A stretch of 64,000 nucleotides of DNA, taken from contig NC_083409.1 in the NCBI RefSeq assembly GCF_020745735.1, positions 15,347,873 through 15,411,872 on the forward strand, read 5' to 3'. Positions 25,400 to 38,200 of this stretch are shown here, piece by piece. The notes below the pieces were generated by a model. The model saw only the letters and a program-made list of their open reading frames with translations. It searched no databases and was not told the DNA's origin. This stretch comes from Hemiscyllium ocellatum. Its lineage: Eukaryota. Position 1 is the first letter of the stretch; each line of letters starts with the position of its first letter. The translations under genes were made by a program, and so were the position numbers.

Positions 25400-27260
25400 C
25401 ATGGATCAAATTAACCCAATCCAATGGCAGCGAAAGACTGCAGTATTTTCTCTTCCTCCGAAGATGAATCAGGGGCAGGCGATGATGCTTCTCATCATCA
25501 TCTAAGTGGAGAAGAAACATTCTCTGGGTGGAGCCAATGTTGTCAATAGAAATTAATATTTTAGCAAGAATACTCTTAACAATAGCAATACCAACAAAAA
25601 GACCAACTAAAACAATAGCAGCATACATAGCCATATTGATTAGCCAGTTGTACCATGAGCCAAAACCCCAATCTCCCAATCCTGCACCTTCATTCATTTG
25701 GTTGACAAAAGTGCGGATGCTATCTATATGCCTAGTAATGTTTTCGATGGTCAAAGTGACCACCATGATACACTTTCCTTTGACTATGGTTCAAACTCCA
25801 CTTTCCTTCACAAGTACGTAATCAAAAGCATAGTGATTTAGTTGGGTAAAGAGGCACAATTCTGAAAGCATGTCCCTAATTTCTATTAGGGAAGCAGTTG
25901 TCTTATTTCATGAAATCATGAGACCACAAATGAGATAATTATGGTTTTGATGACTAATAACTCCTGAAGACCCTCCTACAGAAAGAACACTAAGAGCTGC
26001 ATATGCCAATGAGTGAGTTTTATTTTTTGATAGAACCCTTGCATTCTTCCATTCTGCACAAAAGTCAGGAGAAACTGAATGTTTAATCAGGGAATTTGAG
26101 TCTTGTTGCCAGGTAATTGGACAGGGAACAGTAGTTGGAAATAGTGTTTCTACAGCTACATCATGATGTGTACCTGCTCTGTTCAGGACAAGGTAGGTAT
26201 ACGCCTTATTGTGACCGAAAAAATACTATCCAGGTTTAGTATAGATAATGGAGGGACCTTCCCAATAAGAAGCGGGCCTATCTTTGTAACTTCCTGGAAT
26301 ACCTGTGTAATTCATGATTACGTCATTTGGCCCTGAATGTAAAGGCTGAAAATGATTTAGTCGAATGAGGTGGGTTTCTTGATAAGGGACGTGGTCGACA
26401 TCCCAGAATAGTTCTACCCATCCAATATTTGGGAAAATATTGGTGCCATTAGGGGTATCATAACGAAAGTGGGTGTTGTTACCCACCTTACAAAGGGTTT
26501 GAATACCAGTGGTAATAGAGACACATTTCTCCTTAAGGCATACACATGAGATGCAAGGTCCTTCAAGGAAGCAGTGATGACTGATACATTTAATCATAGT
26601 ACAGGGGATAATTTTAGGCATTTTTACATAAGTGCATCCTTCTCATCCCTGGAAGAATAAAAGGGGTCAAGGAGTCTCTTGCTGAAGTAAGGGCATAACA
26701 AACTACTTCATCCTCTCCAAATATTTTATTATGGGTTGTTAGAAACATATTGCTAGTGAAGGATAACATCCCCCCCTTTGTCTATTTTAACATGATCTAT
26801 CCCAAAGGGGGCAAGGCTTGCCAGGGATGCCCATTGTACAAATGTAATCAACTGGCACACAACACCTTTACAGGGTAAAGACCATTTAGACTTGTTCTGT
26901 AAATTTACTGTTCAATCTTTTTGATGCAGTTGATCACTGCAATGGTCATTCTTGGTAACATTCACATTCTCGGCACACAAGGACATCTTCCTGGCGTCGT
27001 TGGTACACAGTCTCTGTTTGCTCAGGATCACACAGGTAAACTGTCCCTTCTTATGCACCAATGCTGCCAATGGCAAGTCCACACAGCAGGTCAAGTTTGA
27101 TCTTTATCATCTCCCTCTTGCAAGGTAGGAGGCCGCGGAGTGTCCATTGTAATAAAATATAAACCATTTCCTCCTTGTATATACAATATACACATAATCA
27201 ATTAAAATAGGCAGCAGCAAAGAAGGAACACAAACTCATCTCGTAAGAGTCACCCATATT
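25400..27260 (-). pseudogene. env: Retroviral envelope (gamma-type TM), disabled
   Basis: Fusion-peptide-like SLAYAALSVLSVGGSSG; ISD-like LFTQLNHYAFDYVLVKESGV*; (C)TIVKGKC; WGFGSWYNW then a hydrophobic anchor; Cys-rich SU with CISC; several stops and frameshifts. Confidence 0.88.
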
Positions 27261-28157
27261 CTGGTTTGAGTATTGAGGGAGTACCCTATTTGAGGCCATA
27301 ATTTGTGCTCTTCAGCAGGCTAAGAGCAATTTTGAAATAAATAATTCTCAAATTAATCACGTTCAAATGGCCCACTTGAGTAAATATATTGCCCACACTG
27401 GCAAAAGGCTCGTTCATTTTAAACTCTGCACTCGAGATTCCTTTCCTGCCCATTATTTTCTTACTTTATACGGAGGAGCCCAGGCATGGGTGAATTAAGC
27501 AAACCTATTTTTTATAATCCAGCTTTGCTAGGATGTAATAATCCTCAAAGTTTTGTTACTAAAAACATCAATATTACCTAAAATTTAGATTAGTACTGCA
27601 ATATATTGTATTCTCTAAAAAAAATCATACATTAACCTTTAACCCAATCAAATGGCCTGAGCTACAGCTGTCGTTGACAGTATTTAGAATTCAGTGTAGA
27701 AACCAGATGGGGATTTTGAGCAGAGAAGTTGGTGATGAATATTGCATGGAGGGCAATGCTGCCCCCAAATTACGGTAACATGACACAAAGCTTTCAATCC
27801 AATCTGACATTTTCTAATATTAAGCTAACCCTAGAATTTAGACATTGGTATGGTCTTAAAATTATAAACCATCATTGTTCAGTATCAAATATTTAAGTGA
27901 AGATAATAGCTCAGCCAGACACTCCTTCTTAGATCTAACAGCCCAATCCAAAGATAAATCAAATTAACCACTGTGCATTCTTATAAGCTCCATACACAAT
28001 GCGAAGACATTTAGGCTTAGCGTCTACGTATGAAACCAAATCACATGATAATTCAGTCAGTAGTACCTTGTAATATAAAGTACCTGTAATTATTGCAGAA
28101 ATGGAAATTTTCAAATTACTTCCAAATTTCTAAACAATATGGAAAGCAATCCAAACA

Positions 28158-28568
28158 TTGGGAGTTCCATCTGCTATATCTCTATCCCTCAATCACATGC
28201 GGAATTTCTTCAACTAGCCAGTAAGGTAGCTTTCCATTCTTTAATTAACAATGAATTAATGCAGCCATGTTTTAAATTAACCATGAGGCAATGGGACAGG
28301 TCACTGACAACGTGTAAAGGGATAAAAACAAGCGACCTCGCCAAATAATTTTGATTTGGGCTAATATAATTGATTATTATAAATATTATAAAATATTATT
28401 ATAAACTAATAAATAAAATGATCATTATCTCTAATTCATGGTGGGAACCCAACAAGTGACTTAGACATTTTAAAAACTGTACTCTGCTGCTTTATTCTTC
28501 TTATTGAATCATTCTCTTCCCTTCTGTACATGATCTCCTTGCTTCTATTTTCTTTTTAACCTTATTTA
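28158..28568. repeat. 411-bp internal direct repeat of the ERV, copy 1
   Basis: Aligns end to end with 29990-30400. Confidence 0.95.
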
Positions 28569-28759
28569 CCCAATCTAAACCGGTATGATGACAGTCAGTA
28601 AGCAATACAGAAATCAACCTCTACATTGTGAATTGGCACTGAACAGACAGGTTCATTCCTCCATGATTTCTGCACCTTACCCAGGTCTGGCACACACATC
28701 CTTATACTGTGTCTAACCGGGTTTTGCTGGGGACCCAGTGGGATCAGAAGTTTGGGGTG

Positions 28760-28995
28760 TAAGGCTGCCTGCTTGGCAGCTGCATCGACTTGCCTCCTAC
28801 TTTAGAAACAGTATCAGTTTCTTCAGCATGAGCCGAACATATTGATAATTGTCAGATTGATTGGACAAAGTAACATTACTATAACACTGCCCCCTTGAGG
28901 TTAAAAGTCTTCAATGTTCCCACAAGGCTCCAAAATCGTGGATCATATTAAAAGCACAATGAAGAATCAGTGCATATTAGTTGATTTTCCTTTTG
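28760..28995 (-). pseudogene. pol: Retroviral RNase H domain relic
   Basis: KGKS..I(C)TDS..AFNMIHDFGALWEH*RLLTSRG...CSAHAEETDTVSK..DAAAKQAAL across frameshifts. Confidence 0.85.
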
Positions 28996-29989
28996 ATAGG
29001 ATGAAAACATGTCCATTCCCAACGTCAGCACAGATGTACATTACTCCCCATTGGCTACATTTCAACAGTTAAAGCAAGGGCCAGGCATTTGTCCCTGGGG
29101 GATTTTGCTGTCTTGTTGCCAGTCTCAAAGGTGAAATACTGGGGCCTGCCTGTCCCCATTTTCAGGATCCCCTCGGGAAAAGAGTGTCCAGCAGTGCTCG
29201 TCGGGAGGGCACATGAGGTAGTTCCACCCCCAGTGGGTATCCTGGTTCCAAACAACCCTATCAGGGCTGGCATACGGCATTTGGGATCACGTGGGCGCTG
29301 GATACAATTGGTTTTACCTGTAACTTGCATCATGGTTCAGTCCGGTTCTGGCCATCCCAATAGAAAACCACCACTCACTTCATTTGCAACTAGAAATTCC
29401 TGGACTGTTTCGTAATGTTGGTCTGGGTCCAGTCAGAGACTCCAGGTGGAAAACATTGCAAAAACATCAGACAGATAGGCAAATCTTACAGTCTTGTAAC
29501 ACAAGCCATTCATATTCAGGTTACTCCAAGAATTTTACAGCATTTACATTTGTATCACCCTTGGACATATTGAGCAAATTTGGCCAGTTTGGTCTTGCAG
29601 TCAGGGGCATGGCTCATTAACATAACTCTAGTTCCTGGGATGGGACCTGGTTTAGGATGGCACAGGCGACTTATCACCATGATATTGGCTATGAAGACGG
29701 AATGCTTCATTTCCAAAAGAAGGAAAGGTTTGCAACAAGTGGGTGGTTTAAAATTAAAGCTGGGGACAATCAGGAGATGTTTGGTGCTCTGTGGGTATAC
29801 AAGAACAAAATCCCAACAAAGGGTCGGTATGCCAGACATAGGCTCGGGATTTCAAGTAGAATCTAAGTTCTTTATTTTGTGATATTGTTGCTTTAAACTT
29901 GTTTATATATTCCTCAACCTTAGTGGCCTTACACTGTTTTCTCATGTCCCTTCTTTTTATATACCTATTCACAGTCACCTCCCCAGCTT

Positions 29990-30400
29990 TTGGGAGTTCC
30001 ATCTGCTATATCTCTATCCCCCAATCACATGCAGAATTTCTTCAACTAGCCAGGAAGGTAGCGTTCCATTCTTTAATTAACAATGAATTAATGCAGCAAT
30101 GTTTTAAATTAACCATGAGGCAATGGGACAGGTCACTGACAATGTGTAAAGGGATAAAAACAAGTGACCCCGCCAAATAATTTTGATTTGGGATAATATA
30201 ATTGATTATTATAAATATTATAATATATTATTATAAAATAATAAATAAAATAATCATTATCTGTAATTCAGGGTGGGAACCCAACAAGTGACTAAGACAT
30301 TTTAAAAACTGTACTCTGCTGCTTTATTCTTCTTATTGCATCATTCTCTTCCCTTCTGTACTTGATCTCCTTGCCTCTAGTTTCATTTTAACCTTATTTA
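29990..30400. repeat. 411-bp internal direct repeat of the ERV, copy 2
   Basis: Aligns end to end with 28158-28568. Confidence 0.95.
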
Positions 30401-31556
30401 ACAATTTATGTCTGTATAACTTAAAAGCCTGTTTCTAACAATACATTTTGGAATCTTGATTGTCATAATCTGAAAGTTAGTTTTAGGATTTGAATTTTCA
30501 GCTAATCAAAAATTGCAAGAGGAGAATAATTAAATAGGTGATTTGTCTCATTCACTTGTCCTGGTCACTGTATCATATGGCTGTGAATTGTGGAGCCCGC
30601 GAACACCATGGCAATGGGGCAGTGATGCTACAAAAGAAACAGTGATTGATTTACCACCCTGTTCCTCGATATGTTTGGCTATCCCTATTGTCCAAAGGGT
30701 GCAATGCTGGGTGTCAGCAGTGCCTGCTTAAGTCAGCAGGCCTCCTTTTTCATTTGTTAGGGACAACTAATGATATGGATAGAATTCAGTTTGGATTTTG
30801 TTTTTGGTGAGAGCACTGAGTGAAGTGGTACCAAGCATACTTTACGCATTACTGAGTGGGGATCCAGCTGAAGAAGAGTCCAGAAAAGAAGCTTTCATTT
30901 ATTTTGTGGGCATTGGAGGATCAACAGAGCTTAGTTCTCTTTGTCTTTTTTTGAGAGCAGATCTCCTCTGTGGTGATGGTCATTAGTTTTACAATATATA
31001 TCTGAATAACATGCAACATTTTATTTTGGAAATTCATTTATTCAGTATTTAATATTGAAAATGCAAAATGTATACGGTTCCCAACTTTGAAATTCACTAT
31101 AATTATCTGGTTTTAGTCCCTTAATCTAAATCCAAAATGAGGATTCTTAAGTGGTCCTGACCAGTCATTGCCCATTTACAATGCAAAGGTCATGAAATAA
31201 ATGGAGCACCCTTAATAGGTCTAGTATATTCAAATGAAAAAAAAAACTCCTAATGCACGAATAATGGCCAAATCCACAGTCACAGATATTAACCATAGGG
31301 TATTAATTTTGTTAGATGATTTATCACAAGCTAATGTTGAACTGAAACTTCAATTGTTATTGAGGGAGGGGACTCCCTGAATAAGCCTACAACTGTCCTT
31401 ACCAGTAATCACCAATAAAACACAGCAGTCTTAAAATTAAGTGGAAACAAACGAGTCCAAAACAAAAAAAAACTTATAATGTTTTTATATTAAACTGATT
31501 TGAAATTGAATAAGATTGGCTTTCATGTAAGGTTAAAAGACATTGGTTAGAAACTG

Positions 31557-31920
31557 ACAGTAGGGCAGTCATGACCTGTTAAAAGAACAGGAGTTAACAT
31601 TTTATTTCATAACAACTGAAGGGTCCTTAACCTTAAAAGAAATCATGTTAAATTTCCAAAATGCAAATCAGATTCAAAACAGTCCTGGATCTTGAATTCC
31701 AGGGAACAAAGGACAAACATTCAATCACCAACAAACAAATGTGTATTCAAACCGAATCACAAAGGCTTAATCGTTGTATGAGTTTTAGGGCTTTCTCTGC
31801 CTCTCTCTCTACCTCTGTCTCTCACACAGACACACACACCATATCTCAGTCTTCAGTACAGTAGGGCAGTCATGACCTGTAAAAAGAACAGGAGTTAATA
31901 TTTTATTTCATAATCACTGA
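31557..31920. repeat. Two 63-bp direct repeats (31557-31619, 31858-31920)
   Basis: acagtagggcagtcatgacctgt.aaaagaacaggagttaa.attttatttcataa..actga. Confidence 0.9.
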
Positions 31921-31924
31921 GGAA

Positions 31925-33460
31925 TTGATGGCTGGAGTTCATGCTCCTGCACTGTGTGAAGGTTGGTGTGAAGTGAGGCCAATGTGTTGGAGCTTGGGCT
32001 CCTCCCTCAGGCCCAGGTGTAGGGGCCTGTTCAACAATCTGTACATTGTCCTTTTTCTCTTTCTGATCACAGACTTTTTGATATTGTTTAACAAGCTAAT
32101 GACATACATACATCAGTGTTGTCTATGGCTGGAATAATTTAACATCATGGTTCTCATTTTTAATGGACACACTCTCATGATAATACAATTTTCAATATTT
32201 CTCTCCCCTTATGTGTTATTGAGACATTTGCAAATGAGGACAGTGCATCTTCAACATCGAGTGAAGGGCTGGATGGGTGTTTGAATTCTCATCTCACTAT
32301 CGTCTAGCATTCAAAGAAACGGCTGTCGTATTTGTAGCTATATTTGAAATGAGATTGCACCCAGGTTTTATAAATATTACGTTTAGAATTGATTTTTGGA
32401 ATGCTAATCTGCAATAAAAATATCCTGTTCAGTTTTGTAGCTCAGTAGTTGTGTTTGTTCCCTGAGATACTGAGAGTTTATACAACACACCATTTGCCTG
32501 TGATCCAGTTGTTGGCTGAAGCCTCTGGTTGTTCGGTGAGTCCAAGCCATTGCCTTGCGCTCTGCAGTTATACCATCAACTTGGTGTCTCAGTGTGAGCC
32601 AGGAGACCACTGCGTGGTGACTTCCTGTTCCACTGTCGGTGTATCAAGCAAATGGGAACTGTCGAGGTTAATCCCATCATGAACATCAGAATATTGTATT
32701 CAGTTGGAGCTACCTCCACTGACTCATTTCTTTGGCCACCATCGCAGTAAAAGCAAATCTCTCCCTTTGCCAGCACAAAGAGAAAGTGCCCGTCAGATTC
32801 CCTCGTGTGAGATGGTTTAGCTCAATAGGAGCAGCACTGGTAGATCATGCTGTATCAGCCTGGACAGAAACCTGGGCAAGCTCCAAATGGAACGATGACC
32901 TTCAATGGATCTGCTGTGATAGGAAATATGGAATTGGAATACTTGTTAGTGAATCACCTCGTCAACTATGAAAATATAAAACAATCTAATTTCCCAGAAG
33001 CATACATCACAGCACAGCGAAAAAGTGGGGAACAAGCGATTCCTGACCTCCACACCCTGAGTAGTGTCACTGGTGTTGTCCCCTCTCCCTTTTTGGGGAG
33101 CATCGCAGTTACAGTCCCCTTTCCCTCCCCAGGCGGTCTCGCTGTTACTGTCTCCTCTCCTGCTTTGGGGAGCATTGCTGTTGCTGTTCCCACTCTTTGA
33201 GGGGTCTCCCTTTTAATGCGCTCTCTCCCTTGCTGGGAGTATCCTTTCTGTCTGAGGATGTTATTGCTTCTCCCTCCCCTCTCAGTTTGGTCAGGCCTGT
33301 CTGGGCCCAGAACCAAAGTGCAAACTAACTGGAGACAACCCAGATCAAGTCACAATGAGAGTGTCATTGACCTTCACACTCAATGTTGCCGAAGAGGACA
33401 TTCTCCCAGAGATTAATGATTCATTCTAGATTTCAAACAAGAGACTGAGATTGTGAGGGG
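31925..33460 (-). repeat. Duplicated non-coding block, copy C (inverted relative to A and B)
   Basis: Reverse complement of about 18240-20040 with internal deletions. Confidence 0.88.
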
Positions 33461-34718
33461 TGTGGTGGAAAGAACATCCACTACACTAAGAAAATTACCA
33501 GGAGATGCAGAAAATCCTTCATGAAGGTAAAATTTTATTTGCAAATACAAGCTGTGGCAATCAAAAACTGTCTGTCCTGTCTGCCCACCCTCCTCCTGGA
33601 GTCTCTCCAGTTTATATTTTCCTAGTTTCTACACTAATCTGATGGCATTAGCATAACCAATCATACTAGCTTGCTTTGTCTCTCTAAACTAATCATCGTC
33701 TGACACGCTGGTCTACCGCTTAATCTTAACCTATCACATTACACCACCATCATCTTTAGCATTAGCTCATCTATCGTGTGATTTAACTAGCCTATCAGAG
33801 TGTGCTACCATTATCTGTTACCTGAGCCCTGTAACATGACCCTATGCATGCATTACTCCACGAGGTTGATGCCATAACTGCCAAATTATCTTCCATACAT
33901 TCCATACTAGTTACTTTATCTCCTAGACTAGCAGCCCAAAGTTTGCACCACTGCATTTATAGTATCTATGAGCTCCTCCAAACAAACTTTTTTTTTAATT
34001 TCAAAAATATACTTTATTCCTGAAATAATTTGATGGTCTGTACAGTTGGTCATGCCGTACATATGTAAACATTTACATTCAGAGATCAGAATTTATCATT
34101 TTTATACAGGTCTGGTACACTTTTCAATCATATGCCCATATAACTAGCTGAGGTGTCAGCAGAGCCTAAATGACTGCATGGACCCCCCTGTTCTTCAATA
34201 GGCAGGCAGATGTTACACGGTGGTCTTTCCCCACTGCGCCTTGGCGGCAGTTGCCCCAAGCTTCAGCACGTCCCTCAACACGTAGTCCTGGACCTTGGAA
34301 TGTGCCAGTCTGCAACACTCAGTCAGGGGCAACTCCTTCAGCTGGAAGATCAACAGGTTTCGGACCACCCAGAGAGCGTCCTTCACTGAGTTGATGATCT
34401 TCCAGGCACAGTTGATGTTCGTCTCGGTGTGCGTCCCGTGGAACAGTCCATCGAGCACGGAGTCCCGCATCACGACGCTGCTCAGGACGAATCTCAACAA
34501 ACCCCACTGTATTCCTCTCCAGACTTCCTCTGCATAGGCACATTCCAGAAGGAGGTGTCTGACAGTCTCTTCCCCCCGTAGCTGCTTAGAGGGCAGCGTG
34601 CGGTGTGGCTGAGAGTCCGGGTGTGCATGAAGGATCTCACAGGCAGAGCCCTTCTCTCCACCAGCCAAGCTAGCTCCTCCAAACAAATGATTGTGCAGGC
34701 ATATGCATTGTTGCAACA
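33461..34718 (-). mobile_element. Probable solo LTR, interrupted by Tx1
   Basis: TG...CA ends, AATAAA on minus strand near 33535, U5-like tail; no TSD found. Confidence 0.45.
33987..34671 (-). mobile_element. Tx1-clade LINE 3' fragment
   Basis: EETVRHLLLECAYAEEVW...KVQDYVLRD; poly(A) tail; 16-bp TSD agctcctccaaacaaa at 33971-33986 and 34672-34687. Confidence 0.93.
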
Positions 34719-35059
34719 AATAGTTTATTCATGTCTTTAATGAATGGAAACCTGATGTTCTCATCTACTCTGACTTACAGTGGTTCAGATTCCTTTCTAC
34801 ATAGGTCATCCTTGATTCTGTCAGCATTATCTGATTTGCTAGATTTCCACCCCACCCCCCTCCAAGAAAAAGCTAAATTCTTTGTTTACCAACAAGAAGG
34901 AAACATACAGAGCTACGATGGAAAGGTGTTTCATGTTTGATCCTGTTCGGGAACCTGCTTTGTGATGAGTTCATGGTTTTTGCATTTGCTAACCTATTTC
35001 TACTGTTATTCAGATGGAATTATTCTTCTGGTGGCTGATTCATTTAAAATGAATTCATA

Positions 35060-35690
35060 TAAATGGGGAGGCTGAGCTCAGCAGGTAATAGTGAAGGCAA
35101 AGTGCACTTGGCCTTTATTTCAAAGGGAGCAGTGTGTAAAAATAGAGAGGTCTTGCTAAAATAATACCTAAAATCAAACCTAAAGTACCATGAAGAGTTT
35201 GATCCCCTTATCTGAGGAAAAATATACTGGTATTTGAGATAATCCAGTAAAAGTTCACTGTTAATTCTGTGGATGGAGGGATTTTCTTATGACAGGTTGA
35301 ATAAGTTAGTCTCGTATTGATTGGAGTTTAAAAGAATGAGAGGGACCCTCATTGAAACATAAGGAATTCTTAGAAGACTTGACAGTGTAGATGCTGAGAC
35401 AGTATTTCACCTTTGTGATAAAGTCTAGGGCCAGAGGGCATAAACTCAGAGTAAGGGGTCGCTCATTTGAAACCAGTTAGGAGGAGTTCCTTCTCAGGGC
35501 AGTGAATCTGTGGAATTCTTTACCACAAGATTGTCAGGGCTGGGAAACTAAACATAGTCAAAGCTAAAATTAATTTTTGTTCAGTAAGAAAATAGAAGGT
35601 TATGTGAACAGGCAGGAAAGTGGAGTTGCAGATTATCAGATAACCCATAAGCTTACTGAAAGGTGAAGTGAACTTGGGCTGAATGGTCTG
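35060..35690 (+). mobile_element. Old CR1 fragment
   Basis: gcctttatttcaaaggg...gtcttgctaaa...tctagggccagagggcata...gggctgaatggtctgttt. Confidence 0.7.
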
Positions 35691-35693
35691 TTT

Positions 35694-36232
35694 CAGAGGT
35701 GGGGAACCTTTTCATGTTGGAAGGCCACATAATGTTAGTTGTAATCTAATAAGGCCTCATCCAAGAGACTTCCATTGTATAAATGGTGATACTGTTAAAC
35801 TGTGTAACTATTCTCAAATTTCACTTCAAATGGAAAGCCACATGCACTGTTGTCATCAGTTGATAAACACTGGTGTACTGGATACACACAGGCTCTCGCC
35901 AACCAGCCTCAGGCAGAAGTAGCTCCAGTCCGGCAGGGAAGATAACGTACATTCTAGAATCGCATTATAACTAAATCATGAGCATAGCAGGTGTCGAAAT
36001 AGCCCTTATGACTTACCAATTTTATAATTGTGGCGTTCACTTTGTGAGGATTATTTTGCTGAATTTTCTTTTACTCTCTGGTATTTTAAATACATTCATG
36101 TTAAAATTAAAATAAAATAATAAAGGATGAAAAAAAAATTGATAAAAACATAAAAGGTTTGTTCTGCAAAATTTGGATTCATTCAAAAGGCCACACACAA
36201 TGGCCTGGAAGGCCGCAGGTTCCCCACCCCTG
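35694..36232. mobile_element. Non-autonomous hAT (Charlie-like) DNA transposon
   Basis: TIRs cagaggtggggaacct / aggttccccacccctg; perfect 8-bp TSD gtctgttt. Confidence 0.9.
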
Positions 36233-37349
36233 GTCTGTTTATTCTATGTCTTATTATCTTTTAGTCATTCATGACACAAGTATCGCAAGCGTAGCAGCAT
36301 GTATTACTCTTCATTGATAGTGTTTCGTAATGTGGTGAGTTTTGAATTGCAGTCAGAGTGAACTTTGCAGATGTTTGACCCAGTGACAGCGAAGGAATGT
36401 CTTTATAATTCCAAGTTTCGGTGGTATACGGTTTGCTATCTTTGCTGTCATAGGTGGAGGTCAGGAGTTTAGATAGTGTTGAGACACAAGCCTTGATAGG
36501 TTCTTGAACTGCCGGCATTGTGCAACAGTGACTGAGGAATATTAAAGGCTGTATATTGGGTGCCATTCACCCTGGCTACATTATCCTTGATTTCAATTTC
36601 TTGAAATGTTTTTTGTAATAATTCCTGTTTTTCTGCAGGCAATACATCTCAAAAACAATCACATTAGTTTCAACAAAATGTAGTAATATATTCTGGTCCA
36701 AGGAAGGATTGGACTTCTTGGCAATGATCTGAATTTGTATCTGGAATTTTAATGGATTCGTTTTTTAAGCATATTGTGTGTTTTACTTTTGTTGTGGAAG
36801 TTTTCAGCAACTGCATTGCACATTATCAAAATGTGAGCAGAGTTTTCAGAGCAGATTGTAGGATGTGGGTTGGACTGAAGCTTTCTCAGTGAGAGGAAAG
36901 TATTAATAGAAAAACTATTTTTTTCAGTTTTCAACCAAACAGGGGAAAACCTCAAAGAAGAGCTATGTAATTGGAAGAGCATTGAGTTGTCAGTGTGGCA
37001 GAGGGATTTACTGTACTCAGTGCCTTTTTCCTCAAGCTGCATTCATCCAGACATCCTGATGTGTAAACAAAACAGAAATTTCTTGAACTCTAGCAGGTCT
37101 GGCAGCATCTGTGGTGAGAAAGCAGAGTTAATCCCTTCTGAAGCATCCTGACTTGTACCTTTTGCATCAGACTTCGCCGAGTCAGGAGGTAAATTACTTC
37201 ACGCCCTGGGACTGAGGTGTTTGAACCTGCAACAGACACAACTATTTCCTGATTCCATTGGTTTCAATTTTTCTAACACTCCTTGATACCATATTTCACC
37301 AAAAGCTCCCTTAATGTCAGCCCAATTATTGGATGTAATGAGAATTGGA

Positions 37350-38200
37350 GCTGAATGGTCCTGACAGAAACCAAACTGGGCATCAGTCAGAGTTTTATTG
37401 GGGAATGTATTTCTTCATTGCATTGTTAATGATGATCAACCATTTTGCTGAGGATTAAGCAGAGACAGTTGGAGCAACATTTGAATAGTTTGGACATTCC
37501 TCCATTTTGAGGGCAGGATTTACCTGGGTAAATTTACACATTGTTAGTGGTTGTCAGTGTTGTTGCTGCATTTAAACAGATTGTCAAGAGATATGACTAG
37601 TTCTGGAGCACAAACCACCAATCGTATAGTTAATATGTTTTCAAGCCTTATTGCGATTGCAGTGTCCTCTTATCCCTTCATAAGTATCAGAGAAGGATGG
37701 AGTTAATTTGGTTATTTTCCCCATTGGTTTTGTTCCTACCTGCTGCAGGCCAAGTCTATCAAATTTACCCTTCAGGATTGCACCAACCTGGCCATTAGTG
37801 CTGCTATGAATGTATTTTTGGTGATGAAAATTGAAGTCATGAACTTAGAGTACATTCTGAGCCCTTGCCACCCTCACTACTTCCTCAAAGTGGTGTTCAA
37901 CATGGAATACTGATTCACCAGTTAGGGGGTGGCGGGAATCAGCAGGAAGTTGTCCATGGTTGACCAGATGCCCACAGACTTTATGGAATCTGAAGTCAAT
38001 ATTGAAGTCTCCCAGAGCAACTCACTCCCAATTGTATGATACTGCCACTACCTCTGCTGAGTCTGTCCTGCTAAGGAGGAGTGTGCAGCATTGGCTGTAA
38101 ATTGGGTGTGACTATGTCAGGCTGAAACTTGAGTGTTCCGTGGGGCAATTAGACACAATCCCTGAATATGAGTAAGGAGAACTTTGCAGAGTTGTCTGGG
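37350..38200 (-). mobile_element. Decayed LINE fragment (L2/CR1 superfamily)
   Basis: Antisense LINE-like sequence resembling other copies in the window. Confidence 0.45.

Larger units (their letters stand above)
23835..31920 (-). mobile_element. Decayed endogenous retrovirus, epsilon-like, 5' LTR missing
   Basis: 3' LTR, PPT, env relic, RNase H relic with HDFGALW motif and leader-like region, all colinear on the minus strand. Confidence 0.8.

Noticed and set aside
26770-26783. Second PPT-like tract (gacaaagggggggatg on minus strand)
   Set aside because: Lies inside the env coding relic and no LTR follows; cannot be told apart from chance
27480-28150. Possible accessory ORF upstream of env
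   Set aside because: Two frames look equally protein-like and stop density is near random, so no ORF is claimed
28158-30400. 411-bp repeats read as the provirus LTR pair
   Set aside because: No TG..CA ends, PBS or PPT; env and the real PPT/LTR lie outside them
36261-36566. ORF faintly like the TOR1AIP luminal domain (a CEP350 neighbour in mammals)
   Set aside because: Overlaps an antisense LINE 3' fragment; similarity not convincing
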